64,000 nucleotides of DNA. It comes from Candidatus Multivoradales bacterium. GTDB lineage: Bacteria > Acidobacteriota > Thermoanaerobaculia > Multivoradales > Multivoraceae. The stretch spans positions 1,312,001 to 1,376,000 of the forward strand of contig CBDCWI010000002.1 of NCBI GenBank assembly GCA_965223325.1, in the 5' to 3' direction. The notes under the pieces are model-generated. The model ran no database searches. It saw nothing but the letters and a program-made list of their open reading frames with translations, and was not told where the DNA came from. Numbering within the stretch: the first letter of the stretch is position 1; every line of letters begins with the position of its first letter. Of the stretch, positions 30,608 to 40,416 are shown in pieces. The translations under genes and the position numbers were made by a program.

Positions 30608-32626
30608 ATGGGCACGGACCACTACGGTTTTCACGGTCGGGTTCTGGTCGTCGACCTGACCTCTCGGATGACCTCCGATTTGGAGATCGATCCTTCCGTC
30701 TACCGCCAGTTTCTCGGCGGCTACGGCCTCGGCTCCTATTTGATGTGGAAGCACTTCCCCGCCGGCACCGACGCGCTGGCGCCGGAGGCGTGCTTCGCGA
30801 TCGTGTCGGGGCTGCTCACTGGGGTGCGCACTCCCTTTTCGGGTCGTATCCAGATTGTCGGTAAGTCGCCGCTTACCAACACCTGGGCCGACTCGAACTC
30901 GGGCGGCAGCGTCGCCGTTCATCTGCGCAACGCAGGCTACGACGGTCTGCTGGTCAAAGGTCGGGCCGCGGAGCCGACGCTGTTGGTCATCGACAACGGC
31001 GAGGTGCGGTTTGAGGCGGCCGGCGACCTCTGGGGCCAGGAGATCCCGGAGGTCTTTGACGCTCTGCAGGCGCGTTTTGGAACCAAGCGTACGGTCGGAG
31101 TGTCAGCAATTGGCCCGGCGGGCGAAGGGCAGGCGAAGATCGCCTCGGTGATGAACGATCGCTACCACGCCTTCGGCCGCCAGGGTTTCGGCGCCATCTA
31201 CGGCAGCAAGAACATCAAGGCAATCGTTGTCGGTGGAGACGCCAAGCCGGTTCCGATTCACGATGAGGCGCGCTTCCGCGAGCTCTGCGACGGGGTCACC
31301 AAGGAGTACCGAAGCGACATTGGCCCGCTGATGCGCTTCGTGGTCTGGGCTGCGGCCCCCAAGAAGTACCTGGGCTTTCTCTACCGCGCGTTCGCCCGTT
31401 TCGGGATGAAGATCGAGTCGCCACAACCAGCGATGCGCCAGCTGTGGTCTGACCGCGGCACAACCGCAGCGGTGGCTCTGAGCGTCGAAAACGGCGACGG
31501 CCCGGTCAAGAACTGGAAGGGCGTTGGCTCGCGCGACTTTCCGCTGTCGAAGAAGGGCTGGAAGCTCGACGGTGCCGAGGTCGACAAGATCATCACCAAG
31601 AAGCTGAGCTGTGGTGACTGCCCTGCGCCCTGCAAAGGAATCGTCGGCATCAAGAGGCGGGGCCTGGCAGATGTGCGCCGGCCAGACTACGAAACGATCG
31701 TCGGCTTCGGCGCCAATCTGATCAACGACGACCTGGAAACGGTCACTGCCTGTCACGACGCCTGCAACCGCTATGGAATGGACGCGGTCTCTTCGAGCGC
31801 CACCCTGGCCTGGGTCTGCGAGGCGACCGAGCTGGGGATTCTGACCAGAGACGATCTCGACGGTGTCGACATGCGTTGGGGCAACGGCGAAGCCGCCCTC
31901 GAGCTGACGGTACAAATGGGCGAAGGCACGGGTTGTGGCGCCTGGCTACGGCATGGTCTGGCTTCGGCGTCGAAGCACATCGGCCGCGGCACCGAAGAGT
32001 TCGCAGTGCACGTACACGGCCAGGAGCCGGCGTACCACGACCCGCGTTTCACTTCGCTGATGGGTGTGACCTACACTGCCGATCCGACCCCCGGTCGTCA
32101 TACGGCGGGCGGCGCGTCGTGGAACGAGACGTTTGGTCAGGCGTTCGCGCTTCCGGAGGCAGCACCGAAGAAGGAAACGACGGTCAAATGGAAGGGCACG
32201 GAGGGCAAGGGCCTTGCCCAGGCACATTTCTCCAACTCGCACCAAACGATGAACGGTCTCGGTTTGTGCATGTTCACGGGTCTAACGGGTGGCCTGCCGT
32301 GGACGGAGCTGGTGAATGCCCTGACGGGCTGGAACGTGACGCAGAAGGATCTGCTCGATTGTGGCGAGCGAATCCAGAACCTTCGCCAGGCGTTCAACGT
32401 TCGCGAGGGTTTGAAGCCTGACGACTTCAAACCCCACCCGAGGATGTTGGGGCTGGGCGACGGCAAGCTGGACGCTGGTCCGCTCAAGGGCATCGAGGTC
32501 CCGCTACCGCAGTTGAAGCGCGACTACTTCGAGGCGATGCAGTGGCACCCGGAAACGGGCCAGCTGAGTGCAGCGCGGGCGAGTGAACTGGGGTTGAGCG
32601 AGCTGCTGGAAGGGCAGCTTTCCTAA
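30608..32626 (+). CDS. Aldehyde:ferredoxin oxidoreductase (AOR family, W/Mo-pterin)
   Basis: [39 protein letters not shown], CxxCxxxC, DYET, GMDAVS, HDPR, GLCMF. Confidence 0.94.
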   Translation: MGTDHYGFHGRVLVVDLTSRMTSDLEIDPSVYRQFLGGYGLGSYLMWKHFPAGTDALAPEACFAIVSGLLTGVRTPFSGRIQIVGKSPLTNTWADSNSGGSVAVHLRNAGYDGLLVKGRAAEPTLLVIDNGEVRFEAAGDLWGQEIPEVFDALQARFGTKRTVGVSAIGPAGEGQAKIASVMNDRYHAFGRQGFGAIYGSKNIKAIVVGGDAKPVPIHDEARFRELCDGVTKEYRSDIGPLMRFVVWAAAPKKYLGFLYRAFARFGMKIESPQPAMRQLWSDRGTTAAVALSVENGDGPVKNWKGVGSRDFPLSKKGWKLDGAEVDKIITKKLSCGDCPAPCKGIVGIKRRGLADVRRPDYETIVGFGANLINDDLETVTACHDACNRYGMDAVSSSATLAWVCEATELGILTRDDLDGVDMRWGNGEAALELTVQMGEGTGCGAWLRHGLASASKHIGRGTEEFAVHVHGQEPAYHDPRFTSLMGVTYTADPTPGRHTAGGASWNETFGQAFALPEAAPKKETTVKWKGTEGKGLAQAHFSNSHQTMNGLGLCMFTGLTGGLPWTELVNALTGWNVTQKDLLDCGERIQNLRQAFNVREGLKPDDFKPHPRMLGLGDGKLDAGPLKGIEVPLPQLKRDYFEAMQWHPETGQLSAARASELGLSELLEGQLS

Positions 32627-32662
32627 GCAGCGGTTTTCCGAAGAAACGGTTCTCCGAAGACG

Positions 32663-32962
32663 GTGCCACTTTTCTCGCGCAAGCCGCTGATCCGCGTTCA
32701 TCTGGTGATCAAGGGCCGCATTGGTGATGGCTGGCTCGATGTCGACCGGCACTTGAAGCTGGCGAAGGGTTCGACGCTGTCGGACCTGCTGGATGAGGCG
32801 GACCGCCAGTCGATTCCTCTTCGCCACGCGATTGAGCAGAGCCCTCATCTTGCGGAAACGTTGATGTGGAACGGGGAACGGCGCGTAGTCGCCGAGAACC
32901 TGAACCGCCGTCTCGACGACGGCGATCAAATCTACCTACTAAGCCCAGTAGCCGGCGGGTAG
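32663..32962 (+). CDS. MoaD/ThiS-family sulfur carrier
   Basis: Ubiquitin-like fold ending LDDGDQIYLLSPVAGG; directly after AOR. Confidence 0.88.
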   Translation: MPLFSRKPLIRVHLVIKGRIGDGWLDVDRHLKLAKGSTLSDLLDEADRQSIPLRHAIEQSPHLAETLMWNGERRVVAENLNRRLDDGDQIYLLSPVAGG

Positions 32963-33034
32963 GTTCGACCTCCGTCCTTGCCGCTTCTGGTTGTTCTGTG
33001 GCGGGTTGTTGTTGTTGCGGTGAGGTATGGCGCC

Positions 33035-33202
33035 GCGGGTGGGGCCGGTGGACGGCGGTCCAGGGCACGGCGGCGCTTCTTCTGACTGCCTTGGGTGGCG
33101 CCGCCTGCGCTCGCCGGCCGCATTTCGGTTGCCGCCTGCGGATGGGGTGCTAGTTCGGCCGGCGAGAGCACCCTGGACCGCCGCCCACGCGGCCCCACCC
33201 GC
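33035..33202 (-). repeat. Dispersed repeat copy B: long imperfect palindrome
   Basis: GCGGGTGGGGCCGGTGGACGGCGGTCCAGGG ... CCCTGGACCGCCGCCCACGCGGCCCCACCCGC, with inner stem CTCGCCGGCCG/CGGCCGGCGAG. Confidence 0.85.
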
Positions 33203-33252
33203 TCTCGATGTACTACGACCGGAAGAACGCGGCATCTAGACGGACGGGGTCT

Positions 33253-33713
33253 CTCTTGGGGCGGGTGATCGTGGTGAACGAACGGACCCTGCCCGGAAGG
33301 AACTCCTGGACTGGATCGGATTCAGCACGGTGCCAGGCGAGTGTGACGACACTCAGAGTGGCGCAGCGAGTCTTGCCCACCTCGCCGATGCTCGAAGAGG
33401 TGAGTCCCTCGACGATGCCGTTCATCGGCATCCGCAGTTGCTCTTGAGGCGGGTGATCGTGGTGAACGAACGGGCCCTGCCCGGAAGGAACTCCTGGACT
33501 GGATCGGATTCAGCACGGTGCCAGGCGAGTGTGACGACACTCAGAGTGGCGCAGCGAGTCTTGCCCACCTCGCCGATGCTCGAAGAGGTGAGTCCTTCGA
33601 CGATGCCGTTCATCGGCATCCGCAGTTGCTCTTGGGGCGGGTGATCGTGGTTGAACGAACGGGCCCTGCCCGAAAGGAACTGCTGGACTGGATCGGATTC
33701 GGCACGGTGCCAG
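33253..33713. repeat. 188-bp tandem repeat, about 2.45 near-identical copies
   Basis: Units start CTCTTG(G/A)GGCGGGTGATCGTGG at 33253, 33441 and 33629; few substitutions and one extra T in copy 3. Confidence 0.96.
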
Positions 33714-33799
33714 AGTGGCGACACGTCGAGCGGGCTTGAGGCAGACCTACAGGGTAACAAGGCACCCAGGCAAGGAAGACTCTGCGCCAGGCGCTGTAG

Positions 33800-33910
33800 G
33801 CGCGATGTGCGAAGCACGAGCGTGCACCCCCCTCACCCAGCTCGAGATCGAGCCTGACTCCGAGAGGGCGGAGGGTGGAGCGCCCGGCGACCTGGCACAC
33901 CCTCACAATC
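33800..33910 (+). repeat. Dispersed repeat copy: leader motif plus internally deleted hairpin
   Basis: GCGCGATGTGCGAAGCACGAGCG at 33800. CCCGGCGACCTGGCACACCCTCACAATC matches the reverse complement of about 40177-40205. Confidence 0.8.
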
Positions 33911-33959
33911 CTGAGCCCGCCTTCGCCCATCGCTACTGCTACGACGGAGCAATCAGCAA

Positions 33960-35342
33960 TCAGGAAGAGGCAGGTTCCCAGCCCGGCTCGTACTCCCGAC
34001 TCCAGAAGGCATTGGCTTCGTCATCGCCTTCGATACGCCCCGTTGAAGGATTGATCTCGAGCGTTCTTCCTACGGACCAGGCGATGTTGCCCAGGTGGCC
34101 TAGTTGGACGGTCTTGTGGGCTTCTTCGATCGGGATGTTCGACTTTTCTTTTCCGCGAACGGCTTCTAAGAAGTTCTGGACGTGGACGCCGTCGAGACTG
34201 GCGTCGGGGCTGGCGAGGTTGACGGCGTCGACCTGGCCGGGGATGACGCTGCCGTGGCTCATGACGACGGTGCGTTCTTTGTCGTTGGCTCTTACCTCGA
34301 AGGCGTCGCCTACCTGCAGCATCGAACCCGTTTCACCGTGAAAGAGAATCCCGCGCGACCAGCCGTGCACCAGGTGGTTGTTGCAGCTGCGGCCTTCCCA
34401 GTGGATGGCAGCGCCTTCGGGGAACTCGATGCTGAGCATCATGGTGTCGGGGAACTGCCAGTCGTCTTCTGCGTGCCAGCGGCCGCCAGTGGCGACAACC
34501 CTTTCGGGGTTGCCGAGCTGCATGCCCCAGCGAGCGACGTCGAGCTCGTGAGTCCCATTGTTGAGCGCTTCGCCGGTTCCCCAGCGGGTGAACCAGTGCC
34601 AGTTGTAGGGATGGACGTTGTCGCGGTAGTCGGTGCGCGGTGCGGGGCCCTGGAAGAGGTCCCAGTTGAGCTCAGGGGGAACGGCGACCTTCTTTCCCTT
34701 GCCGATCGGAGCACGGTCGTTGGCGTACCAGGTTCGCGCCAGGTAGACGCGACCGATGATGCCTTCGTGCAGTGCCGTCATAGCCCTGGTGACGCCCGGC
34801 CAGGAGCGGCGCTGGTTTCCCATGTGGATCACGCGACCGGTGCGCGCGGCGGCCTGGATCAGGAGCTCGCCTTCGTGCGGGTTGTGGGAACAGGGCTTCT
34901 CGAGGTAGCTGTCTTTGCCAGCGTCGGCGGCCAGGATGGCGGCGGGGGCGTGCCAGTGGTCCGGTGAGGCGATGACCAGCACGTCGACGTCGGAGCGCTC
35001 GACGACTTTTCGGATGTCCGCCTCGGCTACCGGGATTTTGTCCTGAACCTTGGCCAGGGTCTCGAGACACGGGCCGAAGTAGCGTTCGTCGACGTCGCAA
35101 AGCACAGTCACTTCGGTGTTCTTCTGCATCGCGAACTCACGCGCCATGCCACGACCGCGGCTACGCACTCCCATGACGGCAACCCTGACGTGGTCGGAAG
35201 GGCTCTCCTGGACGAGCGCAGCGAGCGGCCGTGAGATCACAGCGGCGGCACTGCCAACGGCCAGGTCGCGACCGAATTGGCGACGGGTTCGGCCGGGAGC
35301 CAGGGTGACTTCAGAGGACGCTTCGGGGGTTGGCTTCTTCAT
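33960..35342 (-). CDS. Tat-exported Gfo/Idh/MocA oxidoreductase
   Basis: TRRQF Tat motif; VAVMGVRSRG, ASPDHWH, YLEKP, GNQRRS, NNGTHELD. Confidence 0.93.
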   Translation of the reverse strand: MKKPTPEASSEVTLAPGRTRRQFGRDLAVGSAAAVISRPLAALVQESPSDHVRVAVMGVRSRGRGMAREFAMQKNTEVTVLCDVDERYFGPCLETLAKVQDKIPVAEADIRKVVERSDVDVLVIASPDHWHAPAAILAADAGKDSYLEKPCSHNPHEGELLIQAAARTGRVIHMGNQRRSWPGVTRAMTALHEGIIGRVYLARTWYANDRAPIGKGKKVAVPPELNWDLFQGPAPRTDYRDNVHPYNWHWFTRWGTGEALNNGTHELDVARWGMQLGNPERVVATGGRWHAEDDWQFPDTMMLSIEFPEGAAIHWEGRSCNNHLVHGWSRGILFHGETGSMLQVGDAFEVRANDKERTVVMSHGSVIPGQVDAVNLASPDASLDGVHVQNFLEAVRGKEKSNIPIEEAHKTVQLGHLGNIAWSVGRTLEINPSTGRIEGDDEANAFWSREYEPGWEPASS

Positions 35343-35388
35343 CGGTGGGGGGCCCTTCTCGAGAGGTACTCAGCGAACGTTCAGGCAT

Positions 35389-36804
35389 TCAGCTGTTGGC
35401 TGCGAGGTCGCGCAGCTTGATGTTTCGAAACGAGACTTCGTTACCGTGGTCCTGGAGCAACAGGTGGCCGCTCTCCCAGTCACCGAAGCCTTCCCAGTTA
35501 CGGTACTTGCTGATCGCAACGAGCCGAGCGAAGGCCTCGGAGCCGAGAACATAGGAGAGCACCAACTGGTGGTTGAGCCAATGTTCGACCGAGCGGTCGG
35601 GTCGCACCACCAGGCGGGCATGGTTCCATTCGCCGGGCGGCTTGACGAAACGAGGTTCTTTCTCGGCCGCGATCAGGTCGTAGAGCGAAGAAAGGGTGCG
35701 GTTGCCATCGCGCCCGAGCTTGGCGTCGGGATGGCGTTGGTCGTCGAGCAACTGGTACTCGACGCCGATTGCCGAGCCTCTGGTATTGCCGTACTGCTCA
35801 GTGACGAAGTACTTGATGCCGCTGTTGGCCCCTTCGGAGAGCCGGAAGTCGAGCTGCAGCTCGAACGCCGAGAACTCTTCCACCGTCACAATGTCGCCGC
35901 CGTGCGCCGCTTCGCCACCGCCCGACTCGAGCACCGTCAAGAGGCCATCTTCGATTCGCCAGCCCTGGGCGGGGAAAGACTCCATGTGCGCTCCGCGCCA
36001 TCCGGTGGTGGTCTCTCCGTCCCAGAGCAGGCGCCAGCCAAGTGCCTGCTCGTGTGGGTCGAGGGTGTTGGTCATCGAGTTGGCAACGTACGGGAACCCG
36101 TCGCTCGAAAGCCGGTCGACGCCGGCCAGGCCGAGCTCCTGGAGGCGCAGGTTGCGCCAGCGGACTGTCCGCCCCGCCAGGTCATCGCTCACCGAATGAA
36201 CTTGAAGGGCGATGAAGCCGCGCGGTGTCATGTCGTCGACCAGGTAACTCGCCGGTGTGCCGTTGAGCCAGGTCCGGATGACCGGGCCTCTCGCCTCGAC
36301 GACCACCTGGTTCCAGGCACCCTGTTGGAAGGCCTGCTTCGCTTCGGGGTTGAGTGACAACGGAAAGAGCCAGCCGCGGCGCGCTTCGTCATAGATGCCG
36401 GCGGTCCAGGCGCGCTCTGAGGGGTCGATCTCCACTTGGTAGCCGTGAACCCGGCCGTCGTGGTAGTCGTCGCGGCTTTCACTGCGAACCTGTACCCCCG
36501 AGTTGATCTCGGGGTCGACATTGAACTCGAACTCGAAGCGAAAGTCGCCATAGGTCGCGTCCGAGGCCAAAAACGAGTTCGGGGTTCCAGCGACCGTCGT
36601 GCCAATGACCTCGCCACCTTCGACTCGGTAGAGCGCTTCCCCGCCGCGCTGCGTCCAGCCATCCTGTGAGTCACCGGCGAAGAACTCCACCCACGGGGCA
36701 GTATCCTCTGTGCGACCAGCGGTTGGTTCTTCGGCGACCGAGTCTGAACAGGCCCAGGAAACCAGCCCGGCGGCGACTAGCAAGAGAAGCGATCGATGAA
36801 TCAC
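35389..36804 (-). CDS. Tandem DUF1080 (3-keto-disaccharide hydrolase-like) lipoprotein
   Basis: Lipobox-like SWAC; two domains with NSGVQ...GYQVEID...GFIALQVH and ANSGIKY...EYQLLD...LLQDHG. Confidence 0.92.
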   Translation of the reverse strand: MIHRSLLLLVAAGLVSWACSDSVAEEPTAGRTEDTAPWVEFFAGDSQDGWTQRGGEALYRVEGGEVIGTTVAGTPNSFLASDATYGDFRFEFEFNVDPEINSGVQVRSESRDDYHDGRVHGYQVEIDPSERAWTAGIYDEARRGWLFPLSLNPEAKQAFQQGAWNQVVVEARGPVIRTWLNGTPASYLVDDMTPRGFIALQVHSVSDDLAGRTVRWRNLRLQELGLAGVDRLSSDGFPYVANSMTNTLDPHEQALGWRLLWDGETTTGWRGAHMESFPAQGWRIEDGLLTVLESGGGEAAHGGDIVTVEEFSAFELQLDFRLSEGANSGIKYFVTEQYGNTRGSAIGVEYQLLDDQRHPDAKLGRDGNRTLSSLYDLIAAEKEPRFVKPPGEWNHARLVVRPDRSVEHWLNHQLVLSYVLGSEAFARLVAISKYRNWEGFGDWESGHLLLQDHGNEVSFRNIKLRDLAANS

Positions 36805-38072
36805 GGAGCCTCCAGATGGCTATCGGGCCGCAAGCTGCCGGTGACGGCGTTGTCCCATTGCGACTGCCAGTACACGAGACCGGCGCCGCGCACTGCGTCG
36901 ATTCCCATCCGCACCGCTAGAGCCGAGCGCGCACCTGCGCGCGCGTTGGAAGAAACCTCGGCGCCCTCGGTGATCGAGCGATGAAAAGCTGCGAGCGCAT
37001 AGTGACTACCACCCCAGCTTCGGCGCACTGAAGCTTCGATCACCTCGCCGGCAGAGCCACTGGCACCGGCGACGGTTCGTGACGCACCGGAGACACCATC
37101 GATGGCCTGCCCCGACTGGGCGGCCTCTTCCCTCGGGTTCAGCGGTTCACGAAAAAGCACAGCGTTCTCGGTTCCGAGAACGATCGTGCCGCGACTACCG
37201 CGCAGTTCAATGCGATAGCCGGCATGGGCATTCGCCGTCAGGCAGGTGGCGGTGACCTTGCGACTCGGATAGTCATAGACGCAGTGGGTGTTGTCGAGGG
37301 TTTCACGGCCGTCTTTCCAGTAATCGATACCTCCGGAGCCGACGACGCGTGTCGGCCGCTCGTCGAACAGCCAGTGCACATAGTCGAGCTGATGAGAGGT
37401 GAGCTCGGCAAGCAAGCCGCCCGAGAACTCTTCGTACATACGCCAGTTGATCGCCCGCTCGTACTTGGGCTCGGGAACCGGTCGGCGCCAGTCGCCATTC
37501 CTGTTCCACTCGAGATCGACCTGGGTGACCTCTCCCAACCAGCCTTCGCGCACCAGCTCGGCAACCCGCAGATAGACCGGGTGGTAGCGGTACTGGTAGC
37601 CCACCTGAACGACGCGATCGGACCCCTCTACCCAGCGCACGACGTCGAGTGCCTCCTGGGCATGCAGGGTCATGGTCTTTTCGCAGTAGAGGTGCTTGCC
37701 CGCATCGAGGGCCTCGAGAGCCATCTGATGATGCATCGAGAGAGGAGTCGCCAAGAGAATCGCATCGACCTCAGGGTCGTCATAGAGCCGTTCCGCCTCG
37801 TCGTAGGTGGAAACGTCTGAGAAGCCAACCTTCGCCGCCGTTTCAGCCGCCGCGGCGAGGCGAAAGGGCAGCACGTCACAGAGCGCTGTGACCTCGAGAC
37901 CCGGCACCGCCCCCAGGACCGGGATCAGACCGCCACCGCGGGCACCCGTTCCGAGAACGCCGACTCGCACCGTCTCGGCTTCTGCGCGGGCACGTACGGG
38001 CAAGAGGGAGCCTGCCGCGCTGGCAAGCGAACCCAGAAGGAGCGTCCGTCGGTCTAGATTGGTTGAGAGCAT
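36801..38072 (-). CDS. Tat-exported Gfo/Idh/MocA oxidoreductase
   Basis: LDRRTLL Tat motif; GVLGTGARG, YCEKTM, NWRMYEEFSGGLLAELTSHQLD; overlaps the next gene by GTGA. Confidence 0.92.
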   Translation of the reverse strand: MLSTNLDRRTLLLGSLASAAGSLLPVRARAEAETVRVGVLGTGARGGGLIPVLGAVPGLEVTALCDVLPFRLAAAAETAAKVGFSDVSTYDEAERLYDDPEVDAILLATPLSMHHQMALEALDAGKHLYCEKTMTLHAQEALDVVRWVEGSDRVVQVGYQYRYHPVYLRVAELVREGWLGEVTQVDLEWNRNGDWRRPVPEPKYERAINWRMYEEFSGGLLAELTSHQLDYVHWLFDERPTRVVGSGGIDYWKDGRETLDNTHCVYDYPSRKVTATCLTANAHAGYRIELRGSRGTIVLGTENAVLFREPLNPREEAAQSGQAIDGVSGASRTVAGASGSAGEVIEASVRRSWGGSHYALAAFHRSITEGAEVSSNARAGARSALAVRMGIDAVRGAGLVYWQSQWDNAVTGSLRPDSHLEAP

Positions 38073-38201
38073 GCAGTGCCACCAGCCTACACTGGCCGGC
38101 ATGCACCCTTCCCAGCTGCCGACTGCACTGGGATGTAGGATGCTCACCGTCACTCCCCCAGCTCCGACTGCCTAGGGACGAATCCGAAAGGAAGGCCAAG
38201 A

Positions 38202-40130
38202 ATGGTGAACTACCGCCAGATCTCTCAAGAAGGACGCAGGCGGAGCGGGAGGGCCCTATCGCCCGCTCGCGAGATCATTCGGATCGCGCTCCTTTGTGGC
38301 CTGGCCTTCCTCGCCGGCTGCGCCAGCGACGAGGCCGAAGAGCCCAGCGGCGAAGCTACCAGCGCGGCCCGCGCCGCGACGGCCCCCAACCCATTACGCA
38401 ACGCCTACTTCGGCGACCTCCACGTCCACACCAAGCACTCGTTCGACGCCTATCTCTTCAGCGTGCGCGAGAATCCCGACGCCGCCTACCGCTACGCCAA
38501 GGGCGAAGCGATCGGCCACCCGAGCGGTTTCGACATCCAGCTCGAGAGTGGGCCGCTCGACTTCCAGGCAGTCACCGATCACGCGATGTACCTGGGCGTT
38601 ATGCCGGCCATGGACGACCCCGAGCACTCTTTCTATGATTTACCGCTCGCCAAGACCCTGCGAGACGCTGGAGCCGGCGGTTTCGCCCGCGCCCTGCAGG
38701 CAATGGGGAGTGGCGAGCTCGCCGAAATCGACGCCACCGAAGTCAAGAGGTCAGCTTGGGCGGACATCAAAAGAGCCGCCGAAGAACACAACGACCCAGG
38801 CACTTTCACGACCTTCATCGGCTACGAGTACACCACCAGCACCGCCGAGAGCGGGAACCTGCATCGCAACGTGATCTTCGCCGGTTCGAACGCCCCCGAC
38901 ATGCCGTTTGCACGCACCGACTCGGAGAACCCCGAGGATCTCTGGGACTGGCTCGATGCCCAGCGTGCAGCAGGCATGGATGCGCTCGCCATTCCCCACA
39001 ACTCGAACGGTTCGAATGGCGCCATGTTCAGCGGCAAGAGCTTCGAAAGCCGGGCCCTCGACGCCTCTTACGCCGAGCAGCGAATGCGCAACGAGCCCCT
39101 GGTCGAGATCACCCAGGTCAAGGGCACTTCTGAGACCCACCCGATGCTGAGTCCCAACGACGAGTGGGCCGACTTCGAGATCTTCCCCTACCGCATCGCC
39201 ACAACGCTCCATAGCGAAGAACGCGGGAGCTACGTGCGCGAGGCTCTGGGCACCGGTCTGGCGCTCGAGGCCGAAGAGGGTTGGAACCCGTTCCGCTTTG
39301 GCTTCATTGGCTCGACCGACACCCACAACGCCGGTGGCACCCCCGAAGAGGACAACTACGTGAGCAAGGTCGGCGCCGCCGACGGTACCGCCCAGCTCCG
39401 TGGAGCGGTTCCCCTCGATGAGCCCACCGCCGATGGCTACGCCTACAACAACCAGCCTGATGACACCTTCATCCAGTTCGGTGCTTCGGGCCTGGCTGGC
39501 GTCTGGGCGGAAGAAAACACCCGCGCGTCGCTCTTTAGCGCCATGCAGCGCAAAGAGACCTTCGCGACCTCCGGTCCGCGCATCAAAGTGCGGTTTTTCG
39601 CCGGCTACGGCTGGAGCGAAGATCTCGCCGCCGATGCCGACATGATCGAGAAGGCCTACGACACCGGTGTGACGATGGGAAGCGACCTGACCGGCGCGGG
39701 CGACGCAGCACCGCACTTCATCGCCTGGGCCATGCGCGACGCCCAGAGCGCCCCGCTCCAGCGCCTACAGATCGTCAAGGTCTGGGTCGACAGCGCCGGC
39801 GCTTCACAAGAGCAGGTGTTCGACGCCGCCTGTGCCGACGGCCTCTCAGTCGATCCCGCAACCCACCGTTGCCCCGACAACGGAGCCACGGTCGACCTCT
39901 CCGATTGTTCGATCTCACAGGGACTCGGGGCCGCCGAACTCAAGACCCTGTGGACCGATCCCACCTTCGACCCCACCCAGCGCGCGCTGTACTACGTGCG
40001 GGTGCTCGAGAACCCGACCTGCCGCTGGTCCACCTGGGATGCCATTCGCGCCGACGTGGAGCCCCGCGATGAAGTGCCGGCTACGATTCAGGAACGCGCC
40101 TGGTCGTCGCCGATCTGGTACGTGCCTTAG
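38202..40130 (+). CDS. DUF3604 domain lipoprotein (PHP-like metallo-hydrolase)
   Basis: LAGC lipobox; YFGDLHVHT.HSFDA, NLHRNVIF, IPHNSNGSNG, GSTDTH, QERAWSSPIW. Confidence 0.93.
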   Translation: MVNYRQISQEGRRRSGRALSPAREIIRIALLCGLAFLAGCASDEAEEPSGEATSAARAATAPNPLRNAYFGDLHVHTKHSFDAYLFSVRENPDAAYRYAKGEAIGHPSGFDIQLESGPLDFQAVTDHAMYLGVMPAMDDPEHSFYDLPLAKTLRDAGAGGFARALQAMGSGELAEIDATEVKRSAWADIKRAAEEHNDPGTFTTFIGYEYTTSTAESGNLHRNVIFAGSNAPDMPFARTDSENPEDLWDWLDAQRAAGMDALAIPHNSNGSNGAMFSGKSFESRALDASYAEQRMRNEPLVEITQVKGTSETHPMLSPNDEWADFEIFPYRIATTLHSEERGSYVREALGTGLALEAEEGWNPFRFGFIGSTDTHNAGGTPEEDNYVSKVGAADGTAQLRGAVPLDEPTADGYAYNNQPDDTFIQFGASGLAGVWAEENTRASLFSAMQRKETFATSGPRIKVRFFAGYGWSEDLAADADMIEKAYDTGVTMGSDLTGAGDAAPHFIAWAMRDAQSAPLQRLQIVKVWVDSAGASQEQVFDAACADGLSVDPATHRCPDNGATVDLSDCSISQGLGAAELKTLWTDPTFDPTQRALYYVRVLENPTCRWSTWDAIRADVEPRDEVPATIQERAWSSPIWYVP

Positions 40131-40180
40131 CTTCGTTCGAGAGCGAGGTGACGGGGTCTGCGGACGCGGTGCGCCCGATT

Positions 40181-40416
40181 GAGAGGGTGTGCCAGGGCGC
40201 CGGGTCGGATCGGCGAGCAGGCGCCTCCCGCGCCGGGTCTCCTGCGGGGCTGTTTGCGGTTGGGTGATTCCGATGCTTCCGGAACGCTGTGCCGACCTCG
40301 GTCGGCGGCTGACCGCTCCTGGGCGCCTGCTCACCGACCCCACCCTCTCGATGGTTCACCTCGTCACTCATTGACGGGAGGTAAGGGTGCGCTCGTGCTT
40401 CGCACATCGCGCTTTC
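40181..40416 (-). repeat. Dispersed repeat copy C: leader motif (40385-40416) plus hairpin (40181-40349)
   Basis: Minus-strand GAAAGCGCGATGTGCGAAGCACGAGCGCACCC; arms TCGGCGAGCAGGCGCC / GGCGCCTGCTCACCGA. Confidence 0.88.

Noticed and set aside
32631-32660. Short direct repeat CGGTT(T/C)TCCGAAGA between AOR and moaD
   Set aside because: Only two copies; a small local duplication with no supportable function.
33253-33713. CRISPR array
   Set aside because: Whole 188-bp units repeat with no unique spacers, and there are no cas genes in the window.
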